The position numbers and the translations under genes were made by a program. 64,000 nt of DNA, from positions 3,968,001 to 4,032,000 of the forward strand of contig NW_027271069.1 in the NCBI RefSeq assembly GCF_040938485.1. Reading direction: 5' to 3'. Below are positions 11,009 to 21,021 of this stretch, piece by piece; the first letter of the stretch is position 1, and each line of letters begins with the position of its first letter. Below the pieces are notes generated by a model. It worked only from the letters and a program-made list of their open reading frames with translations, searched no databases and was not told where the DNA came from. This DNA comes from Diadema antillarum (lineage: Eukaryota).

Positions 11009-12677
11009 ACATGAGCATGAATATATGATGTTGTATACATCTCATGCCAGGAATGAGCAGGGAGGTGAGCTGAAACCCCTGGAATGACTAACACAGAGTT
11101 ATGGGCATTTACCACTGATACATGTAATACATTCGCCAATCAGCTTTGCTTTATTTTTGATAATGCCATTGTTGTCAATTCACTTTAGCATCACAATGGC
11201 TGGAGAGTCAGTAAACTGGATCATCCTTTATTGAGTAAATCCCCTAAGGTAGCGCAAACTCACAAAGCAAAGGAACTTTGCACTTCAAGCGCACTGGAGT
11301 ACTTCCTCTTTCCGAACTTCCTAAACGCTTTGGGGACACTTTCCTAACCAAAATGCTAACTTTCCTAACCAAATGCAAACTTTCCGAAACTTTCCGAAAG
11401 CGATTGGGCCAGCATGCCGTGTGAATAAAAGTGGTCATGTGATGGTGCAAAACTTTGTGCATGCAAGTAAATGTTGCTCTGCGCTTCGCCGAACGAGAAG
11501 AAAAGGACGATAACATTTTTAGAGAAGCTCCAATCTCTGCCTAGAACCCCAAGATAAGGTAGGCAAAGATCAAAGAACAATGAAGCTGATTTCCATTATT
11601 ATCACTGCTGTTAACAGGAGTAAGTAACGGAAGTATTTTTATATAAACCCTATTAATTAACGTTCGTCATGCCATTTCATCGCAAGATTCAACCGAAAGT
11701 GCTTAGGGTGCCCCCAGACACAGTAGAGTCTACACCGTCGCCGGCCATGTAGGCAGCGATACAGTATTTAGTTTACAGTCGCCCCCGCTTAAGGCTTAGC
11801 GGGAGCGGGAGGGGTTGGGAACCAAGCCTTCCAACTTAAAGTTAAAGCCTTTAAAATAGGTTGGTATTCTGTAACTTACGGAAGTTATGACAGAAGTTTG
11901 TTATAACTTTTAAATTGGTATTCTGTAACTCAATCATAAGTCACTGATTTAAGAAAAAAGTTACGATCGAGATGGGATTATGATAAAAGTTATGACAAGG
12001 GAGGAGTTTCATTTGTGAACAATCTTGTACAGGTCACATTCTCCCTGTGTATAAGAAGATATTCTTACCCAAACAATTTCAGAGAATTATCAAGGAGGCT
12101 AACCAGGAATGGATTGCTACTGTTCTGTATGATGACGAAGGCCATCTTTGAAACACCTACAAGCAGAGCTGGTACCAGCCACCTCCATCCCCAAAGTTGT
12201 CACATTACCAGGTTACTAGTGTTTGCTACATCACACCTGTATACAATTATTTTACACTTGTTTTGAAATGTAGTGGTATTACACTTTGTGTTGGGCAGTG
12301 GTCTATCTTTATTTATTTTTTTATATGTTGTAAATTGATCTTCAAAGTTCACTGAAATGTTAGTTTCAGTATTGATGTCCTTAGAATTTGAGTTTTCTGG
12401 AAGCATATAGTAAATAATGTTATATTATGCTTAGTGCATTTATGTTACTATTAATTGTTGCTTTCTATCAGGACATGGAGGTCATAATCCAACTTGGCAG
12501 GGTGAATGCAAGTTGCTACATCAACACAGCCTGATGGGCTAGAGAGCATGAACCTGGTGCATTTTAGTTCTGTAAGCGTTACTCCCTGGCCAGGCTTTTG
12601 TTACACGTACTTTACACTGCAACTGTACCCCTATTTTATCTTTCACTTCTCTGCCTATTTCCCTCTTCAACAAGGTA

Positions 12678-13142
12678 AGAGTCTTGTAAATTTAGACCAA
12701 TTACGCTCTAAGCTCTAATTGGGATGGACGGCCTGCACACCAAACAAGGCTAGTCCAAGAGCGCCCGCAGGAACTGTTTCCCAACCAAGTGGTAGCATTG
12801 GGACACCCAACAGAGTACCCCCCACGTTCTCCCGTTCTGACACCCCTAGACTTCTTTCTCTGGGGGTTTGTGAAGAGTCAAGTGTACTGACCACATTTCG
12901 CAGAGACCCTTTCAGTACTTTGGGACCACGTCAAAGCGGCCATGAGAGGTGTCTGCAGAGAACGTATCATCCACTCAGCTAGAGACGCGTCCAGACGCAC
13001 CAGACTCTGTATTCAGTTGGAAGGGGTGCAAGTGGAAGGAAGAGTTTAGAGATCTAGTTTTATCTCGGATAGTGTTTTGAACTGCTTTGAATTATAATTT
13101 GCATTTCTTTATCAATTTTGGTTATGATTCCTTTTATGCCTA
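12678..13142 (+). mobile_element. Tc1/mariner DD41D (rosa/Visitor-type) transposase 3' fragment, copy 1
   Basis: 12720-13049 translates WDGRPAHQTRLVQE...FPNQVVALGHPTEYPPRSPVLTPLDFFLWGFVKSQVY*...RTRLCIQLEGVQVEGRV*. There are 41 residues between the DG aspartate and the PLD aspartate. Confidence 0.85.
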
Positions 13143-13325
13143 GAGAAGCAAACGCACCAATTTCATCCGCTTGATCCCACCATCCAAGTGCTGTGTGCCC
13201 TTGGCTATCATGCTACAGACGAATTGCTGTCTGATAGGGAAGAGATTCATCACATAAACATACCAACAGTGTTGGGAACAGTATGGGCAGTGGCCCAGGC
13301 CCTGATACGGAAGAAAAAACGAGAA
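13140..13325 (+). pseudogene. Second PIF/Harbinger HTH fragment
   Basis: LEKQTHQFHPLDPTIQVLCALGYHATDELLS...INIPTVLGTVWAVAQALIRKK, matching the HARBI1-like P..QVL.ALG(F/Y) ... V..AL pattern. Confidence 0.65.
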
Positions 13326-13782
13326 AAGAGTATTGAAAATTTAGACCAATTGGGCTCTAAGCTCTAATTGGGATGGATGCCCTGCAAGCCTAGTCCAAGA
13401 GCACCTGCAGGAACTAATTCCCAACCAAGTAGTAGCATTGGGACACCCAACAGAGTACCCCCAACGTTCTCCCGTTCTGACACCCCTAGACTTCTTTCTC
13501 TGGGGGTTTGTGAAGAGTCAAGTGTACTGACCACCTTTCGCAGAGACCCTTTCAGTACTCTGGGAACATGTCAAAGCGGCCATGAGGGGTGTCGGCAGAG
13601 AACTTATCATCCGCTCAGTTAGAGACGCGTACAGACGCGCCAGCCTCTGTATTCAGTTGGAAGGGGCGCAAGTGGAAGGAAGAGTTGAGAGATCTAGTTT
13701 TATCTCGGATAGTGTTTTGAACTGTTTTAAATTTTAATTTGCATTTCTTTATAAATTTTGGTTATGATTCCTTTTATGCCTA
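13326..13782 (+). mobile_element. DD41D mariner 3' fragment, copy 2 (direct repeat of copy 1)
   Basis: Near-identical to 12678-13142, with a small deletion after GATGGATGCCCTGCA. Confidence 0.85.
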
Positions 13783-13839
13783 TGAAAATCATGTCAAAGC
13801 ATAAAGTGCACTATTAATAAATATCAACATCATTGTAGT

Positions 13840-14240
13840 AACATGACCTTAAATGGTCAGCTCAAGTTGACAAAATGTTTAAACAGGCAAACATGAGACT
13901 CCACACGCTCAGGATTCTGAAGGGCTTTAACCTGCCTACAGTGCATTTAGTTAACGTTTACACAGCATATGTCAGGCCAGTCCTAGAATACTGCGCCATT
14001 GTTTGGAACTCAGGTTTGACAAAGAAACAAAGTGAAGAAATGGAGAAGATACAAAAACATGTATGTCGTCTCATGCTCGGCCCCTCATTTGTAAATTACC
14101 CAATACATTACCTGTTTGTGATTTATCAAAGTTATGTCAACGCCATCTAAAATTGTGCCAGAAATTTAAGTTCAGTTGTATTACCCATGATTATGATTTG
14201 CTCCCACCTACCAGAATGGAAACACATGTACGTAATTTAC
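13840..14240 (+). mobile_element. CR1/L2-group LINE ORF2 C-terminal fragment
   Basis: DLKWSAQVDKMFKQANMRLHTLRILK...VYTAYVRPVLEYCAIVWNSGLTKKQSEEMEKIQK, the typical post-RT region. Confidence 0.85.
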
Positions 14241-14247
14241 AGAGTAA

Positions 14248-15714
14248 CTAGAAATGTCGCTATGGCGACTGATGCCTCCGCCATAATGCATGATTCTCCC
14301 AATAGGCGTATAGTACCATGTCTTCACAATGTGTGATCCATGACAGTTTCACATAACTGGCAAAATATTGATATGACAGGTTTGTCAGAAATGACTTGAA
14401 TGTTCACTTTCCTTGAACTGGGTTTGCTATGATTGTCGAAGAGTGCAGGTACACATATTTGGGGAATTGAGAATTTTTACTTGAATTCTGACGGACCCTT
14501 TTATAAGTTTATGCATTGAGCAATTTCCAAGGTATGAAGAAAGAGTGTAATTACAGTACAAATAGATTTTTTTTTTTTTTTTTTTGGGGGGGGGCATAGA
14601 AACCTGGCCTTTGACCCTTAACCTTTGACCTTTGACATTCTGGCTGGAAATTTCCTGGAGAATCTCCATTAGGTAATGCATGTATATATCAAGTTTGAAA
14701 ACTAATGATGCAAGCATTTCATATATACTAGTGTATGAGGGAAATAGTAAAATATTGTGGAGTTGACCTTGACCTTTGACCCCATGACTATTGACCTATG
14801 ACCCCTAAATTCCCTAGATAATCTCTGCCAGTCAGTACATGCGTATGTACCAAGTTCCATGAAGATACATTGAACCATTTGTGAGAAAAGTGATATTACA
14901 TTTTCACCTAACCTTTGACCTTATGACATTAAACTCTCTCTGGAGAATCTTTACGCAGTAGTACATGTCTACACCAAGTTTCAAGAAAATACCTTAGGGC
15001 ATTGCATAGATATTGGGGAAATAGCAACATTTTTAGCATTTGACATTGACCTTTTGACCTTTGACCTCTTGCCAATGTCACTAAAATCTACTCAACTAAT
15101 TGTCCCATCATACATCATCCTTGGACCAAGTTTGGTGAAAGCTGCTTCATCCAGTTTTGAGTTATCACGTAAACAGATAAATTTCAGGATTTGACCTTGA
15201 TCTTTGACCTTTGACCTCAGTCCGATTTCACGAAGAAACTAATCAAGTAATTGTCCCATCATACATCATCCTACAACAAAGTCTGGTGAAATTTGATCGA
15301 TCCAGTCTTGAGTTATCGCGTAAAGGGATACAATTTCATGATTTGACCATGACCTTTGACCTCAGTCCGATTTCACTAAGAAACTAATCAAGTAATTGTC
15401 CCATCATACATCATCCTACAACAAAGTTTGGGGAAATTTGATCGATCCAGTCTTGAGTTATCGCGTAAAAGGATACAATTTCATGATTTGACCTTGACCT
15501 TTGACCTTTGACCTTTGGCGGATTTCACCCAAATCTAATCAACTAATTGCCCCATCATACTTTATACTTCGACCAAGTTTGGTAGAATTCAAGTCAATAT
15601 TACTCAAGTTATCGCGTAAACGAAAGCGGACGGACGTACAGACGTACGTACGGACGTACATACGGATGGACGGACGGACAACCCGAAAACATAATGCCAT
15701 AGTGGCGGAGGCAT
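14248..15714 (-). mobile_element. Non-autonomous Helentron-type element (HINE/DINE-1-like)
   Basis: Subterminal inverted repeats ATGCCTCCGC/GCGGAGGCAT, terminal hairpin GTCGC-TATG-GCGAC next to CTAG, (GGAC/GTAC)n microsatellite near the other end, TGACCTT-rich body, insertion in a T/A run. Confidence 0.75.
15030..15620. repeat. ~145-151 bp tandem repeat (about 4 copies) inside the HINE
   Basis: GTCCCATCATAC-like anchor at 15102, 15253, 15398 and 15549. Confidence 0.85.
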
Positions 15715-16750
15715 AAAAAATGTGTTCAGTGAGTTTAAGTGCAGAACAAGTCATATGTATGCTTTCGTTCCTGAGCATATCATTTGCATAAAGTTTCCCA
15801 AAATCTGTTCCGGAGCATCACCAGTTTCCATTTTTTTAAAACAAATTTTGCCATTCCAAAGACCACCATTTTCGAAATTCGCTCCAGAGAATCGCCATTT
15901 TACATATGTTGGTGAACCTTGCCGTTCCGATGACTGTACATGCAATTTAGAGCAGCATTTTCACTCTCAAATTGGGTCAAAATGGCTGCTTGTTTTGGAG
16001 TGCCTCATTATCACACTCAAAACGGCTCAAACTCGTTCCGGAGACCCTCATTTTCATGTTCAACCGCTCGGGTTTCCGTTTTGGAGGCCCTGCATTTCTT
16101 TTTCTTGCTGCAGCACATACCTACCAAAATTTGGGGTGAGGAGGGTGAGTACAATTTTACACGCATAATGCAAAATTTTTCATTGCAAATATCCATGAGT
16201 GGAAGAATCGATCATGACGGAAAACCAAGCGTAGCGATTACAGTACAATGGCCCGGAGACAGTTGTGGTCAACCGACTACACAGAGTATGAAAGCTTTCC
16301 TGAAAGGAGATCGTTGGAGGAGAGGAAACCACTTATGAAATATGAAAGAGCATTGAATTTTATGTGGAATTCAACGTTTTTTTGACAAAAATCCGTTTAG
16401 AAATGGCTGAGAAAAGCAAAAATAAGTTGTCCGATAAAAGTGTGGGACCAACACTTTCTTGCGTGAAACGACCATACAAACATGTACCTCCCTCTACTGT
16501 TTGAATTTGACTGCACTGGGCTTGAGGCTTTTTCAACCGTTATCTTCCGCACACGCAAGCAATGTGTGCCCCGCACGGCTTGGTCTGGGAGGTTGACCTT
16601 TTCACCTCAATCTGACCTCCGTGAATTTGGGAGAGAAAGTGTGGGAGTGTTGCGTAATCACGGGTGCGTCGTCGATCGTTCGGTTTGTTTACCCCATGAG
16701 CTTAGAGGGGAGTCTCCGATCTCCCTGCTGCTGTTTCCTTCCAAACAAAA

Positions 16751-16932
16751 ATGGACGCCGAAGAGATGAAACCGAAAAAGAGAAAGACGTACTTTGAATC
16801 TTATGATAGAAAGTGAGGAAACACTATGAAGAGGATACGAATAGGAGTAAAAACTCACGAGGAGTGGGCAAGATGCCGTAGCGACCTAGGATTCAAAAGG
16901 GACGACCAGCTCGCAGAGTTTTTGTTACAAAA
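16751..16932 (+). pseudogene. Possible first exon of a transposon-encoded protein (Kolobok-like N-terminal motif)
   Basis: MDAEEMKPKKRKTYFESYDRK*GNTMKRIRIGVKTHEEWARCRSDLGFKRDDQLAEFLLQK, then a GTGAGT donor. The R+.IG....W.....LG...D.+LA.FLL motif is recalled from Kolobok-associated proteins. Confidence 0.35.
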
Positions 16933-17473
16933 GTGAGTACTGCATACTATCAAAATAGTAGAGGAGAGGAAAGGAGTTGCCTCTTAATGTGCCTTCTGCC
17001 GACGAGATGTCAAAACTAGAAAGTGTTCTAGAAGAGTACAGACTGTCACTGCTCAATCACGACCCAGACCACATTTACTGTGGAGGAGACATCACTTCAG
17101 GTCTACCGAGGAGCACGTTAGTGAAGATCGGGACAGAAAGCATAGTAAAGCATCCATTTCACTCATTTGTGAAGCGTTATGCATTCCCGAACAAAGACAT
17201 AGCTGATAAAGTATGGCCAATACTATGCACTGTCCTTGAGAGACCGCCTTCAAAAACAGAAACAGTAACTGCATTGATAACATGTGGATGCATTCAGAGT
17301 AAACTTCTGAACTGGTTTGCATACTCTACATACATCAACGAGGTACATTCTGTGTATTAATGTGTGGATACCCCACGGAGTCGAGAGAGAGAGCGCTGTC
17401 ACTGCTGGCCAGAAATGAGATATCCAGACACCGGGGTAATAACAGTATGTATGCGCTTTGAGCACTCTATTAA

Positions 17474-17854
17474 AGGGATAGTATAGTATTGGTGGAGATG
17501 AGAATTGGGCTTTTAACTTTTTGTGAGATACCAAGAAAACACTTATGAAAAAGTATAGAGCATACCATTTAAAGAGGAATCCAAAGTTTATTTGATGAAA
17601 ATCAGGTTTGGAATGACTGAAGCATCCAAACACAAAGTAAAACAAAGCGATCATAATAAAATGTGGGTCCCAAACTTTATTGAATTGCTCTGTTTTGGAT
17701 ATCTCAGCCATTTCAAAACCAATTTTCATCAAATAAACGTTGAATTCCTCATGGAATTACATGCTCTTTCATATTTCATAAGAGATTTCTCATTATCTCA
17801 CCAAAAAATGTTAGAAACCTGAAATTAGATCTCAACCAAAACTGTACGATCCCT
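17474..17854. mobile_element. Kolobok-type MITE with TTAA TSD
   Basis: TTAA|AGGGATAGTATAG ... CTGTACGATCCCT|TTAA. The internal sequence is shared with 22207-22557, 25597-25875, about 37170-37500 and about 16330-16440. Confidence 0.8.
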
Positions 17855-18829
17855 TTAAGTGGATTTAGTGCGATATAAATTCATATCATTATTATTACAA
17901 TAATGTACACATAATGCCTAAACCTCTAATTCTAATACTGAAAATCAAGTAATCCATACCTGCTCAATCACCCAAAGTAAGAAAAAAAAAGCATAGATGG
18001 GATAATGTTGCGACCTGAATTTTCACTTTGTTGTAGCAGGAATTTTGTTATAACCTTGTTTGTTATAACAAGAGTTCACTGCATTCATAGAGAAACTTGT
18101 TGATATTTTGCTTTTTTGATTATCTTAAATCAGCTGTGTATTTATATCTGATGCATACAATAGGCACGTCCACTTACTGTTTACTATCATTGTTGAATGT
18201 CTGATATTCATTGTATACATCGGTTGGATCATGCTTATTGTAGTCAACAGATTTAACTCTAGTCAAGGGGAGGGCCTTTTTGACCCCCCTGCCATTTTCT
18301 TCATTGTGCATCTAGTCTGATTGGAATTTCTAAATCCAAATCCAAACATTCCCCCTGATTCATAAAAAATTTGTACATTCAGATTTTTAATGAATTACAT
18401 TTCAAGAAAAATGGTCTGATTTTTCATTCCCGACTTGTCTTATAATTGTGTCAATTTTCAAGTCAACCGTTCAATTCGTTGCCGAAATTTGAAAGGGGGG
18501 GGGGGGGGAGAGAAAAAGCCCCCAGAATTTATGCAACTTATTCTTGGGAATTGTTTTCTTCCTTGTGAGAGCATATATCAACTTGATGGCCACAGATGAA
18601 AATGCAGATGAGTATGCTGATGAGGATGCTCCATGTGCCATCCCTGAATACGTGCCAGCCCTCACCCATCTGTAAGTAGCAAGAATAGTGCTATTGCACA
18701 CAATGATAACATTATGCAGCATAACTAATTTTGTAAGATGGCGAACAATTCAGATGCATAGATCTGTATGCATATGAAATCAGTATAACCTATTCTCATA
18801 ACATTAATCACATTATTCACAAACCTGAC

Positions 18830-20147
18830 TTAGCCCTATTTTGCCTGGGCTATTTGGGAAGGTCCATCCCAAGATGGGATCACTCATTGCTAAGGAGCCA
18901 CTTGAGGTCCTGGTGATGGATTTCACTGTATTTGAGTCCAGCTCCAGTGGGTATGAGAATGTGTTAGTCCTCACAGATGTCTTCACGAAGTACACGCAAG
19001 CCATCCCAACGAAGGACCAGCGGGCCAGTACTGTTGCCAAAGTTCTTGTACAAAGCTGGTTTGTGCGGTTCGGAGTCCCAAAACGCTTACAAAGTGATCA
19101 GGGTAGGAATTTCGAGAGCACCATCGTGAAGGAGCTCTGCCAGCTGTATGGTGTGCATAAGACACGGACCACACCGTATCACCCTCAGAGTAACTCCCAG
19201 TGGGAGAGGTTTAACAGGACGGTGCATGATCGCCTTCGCACCCTTCCCCCAGAAAAGAAGAAGAAATGGCCAGAGTATCTGCCAGAGTTGGTGCATGCCT
19301 ACAATTGCACTCCACACTCTTCAACTGGATATCCCCCATACTATGCTTATTCTTCAGTAGGGACCCTGTACTGCCTGTGGATCACCAGCTTGGGCTGATG
19401 GATTCAACTTCCTCCAGTGAAGAGTGGAAGTCTCTCCATCATAGCCAATTGCGGACCGCATTTGACATAGCACAGCGGATGACAGAGAAGGAAGTTCTCA
19501 GACGTCAAGAGAGAGTTAACAGAGTGGCAAAGAACACAAGCCTTGTGATCGGAGCGAGGGTATTCACTTAGAACAGAGTTCTAGGGAGGAACAAGATACA
19601 AGATGTCTGGATTGATGTACCTTACAAGGTGGTGGCAAGACCCTTCCCTGAAGGAAACGTGTACGTGGTGGAGCCCCTTGATGGAAGTGGCAGTCAGAAA
19701 ACAGTACACCGTAGAGACTTGCTTGACACCCGAACCTTGGTGGAACATACATGTATCAATCCAGGCCAGGCTGATGTAGTCTCTTCACCTAGCACACCAG
19801 ATGTCAGCTCTGCCAATGAACAAGGTCAGCTTGAGGTCATTTTCCATGTCAATCCCACTAGCACTAACTCCATGGCACAGAACCCAACCATTACTTCCGA
19901 AAATGCAGGGGAGCAGACCCTGCAAGATGACGAGGCAACTGAGGGGCAGCGTAGTGATGGTGAAGATGCCCCTGCAAATGAATCTACCACACCCATGCAA
20001 GATAATGAGGATGCTGTTCCCCAGCTGAGAAGATCGAGGAGATTCCAAGGGAGACCTCCGTCACCCTCATCCCTCTCAAGTGAAATTGTCGCTGACATCA
20101 CAAGGTCTCATCTTCTGTTCATGCAGATGTTCGCAAATATCTCTTAA
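18830..20147 (+). mobile_element. Ty3/Gypsy pol 3' remnant (integrase core plus GPY/F region)
   Basis: PLEVLVMDF...VLTDVFTKY...[17 protein letters not shown]...[18 protein letters not shown]...[16 protein letters not shown], then a frameshift and KIQDVWIDVPYKVV. 5'-truncated. Confidence 0.95.
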
Positions 20148-20337
20148 TTTTCTTGTTGTTTATTTCTATCTTTCTAAATCTCTCTCTCCATCACTTTCTC
20201 TCTGATTTCTATCTATTCGCTGTTTCTCTTATTCTACCTCTCATTGACAGCTTTTGTTATATGCTTTTGATACTTGGAATTTACGCCTTGTTTATATGTT
20301 GGAGTGTCAGGACGACACTCATTTAAGCAGGGGAGGA

Positions 20338-20760
20338 TGTAACAGCTAGTAATGATCGGGGTACACTGTATATATTTCTCCTCCTTTATTACACACTGTA
20401 TAACACTATATTGTATACTACCACTTCATACCTCTACCATGTACTACCAAGTACATGTACTGTATATATATCCCTTTTTAGTGTACTACACAGAGTCTTG
20501 TGTGCACAATGTCTCACCCTTCCCTATTCATTGGAAGGCAGGGCAAGAAGTTTGTATGTGTGCACTTGATAATGAAACAAAAGGTGAGTCATGACTCAGA
20601 TGGTCAGCCTTGGCTTGGACCATGAGAAACATTCTCATTTTTAGCCTTGCTGCCATGAGGAGAAGTTGGTAGTGGACAAGCCTGCCGGTCAGTGACTTCT
20701 TTGTCACACAACTTGTCATACAACTTGGTAGGAGTCTGGCACATCTTGTTACTTGTTACA
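20338..20760 (+). mobile_element. Gypsy 3' LTR (423 bp) with upstream polypurine tract
   Basis: PPT AAGCAGGGGAGGA directly before TGTAACA; the LTR ends TGTTACA (7-bp terminal inverted repeat). Confidence 0.85.
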
Positions 20761-21021
20761 TGGTACAATGCTCACCTTCTAGGGGGTTTTGGTTTTTTTT
20801 TGGTTTTTGTTCGAGATTTGCTCTCGCAATAAAGATTTAATGCATAATAGCAATCAAAACAACTTGAGAGTTCCGTGCAGTTTGTCACATTACACAAGCA
20901 TTACATAATCTCTAATTGAACAGGAGTATATAATGTCAAGCAATAGGTGCGGTACCACTCCCCGCCCACCTGCGGTACTCTCTGCTGCTATGTGAAGACT
21001 ACCTGGAGCGCTAAACAGCTG

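Noticed and set aside
12040-12200. Coding-like fragment (EWIATVLYDDEGHL*...WYQPP), perhaps from a transposon-associated domain
   Set aside because: Too short and degenerate to assign; it needs a TBLASTN/HMM search.
12678-13782. LTR pair (TRIM) or KolobokP long terminal direct repeats
   Set aside because: No TG..CA ends, PBS, PPT or TTAA TSD; the repeats translate as a DD41D transposase fragment.
20761-20775. Primer-binding site (TGGT) after the LTR, implying a second tandem element
   Set aside because: The following sequence does not resemble a tRNA 3' complement and runs into the IPPK 3' region.
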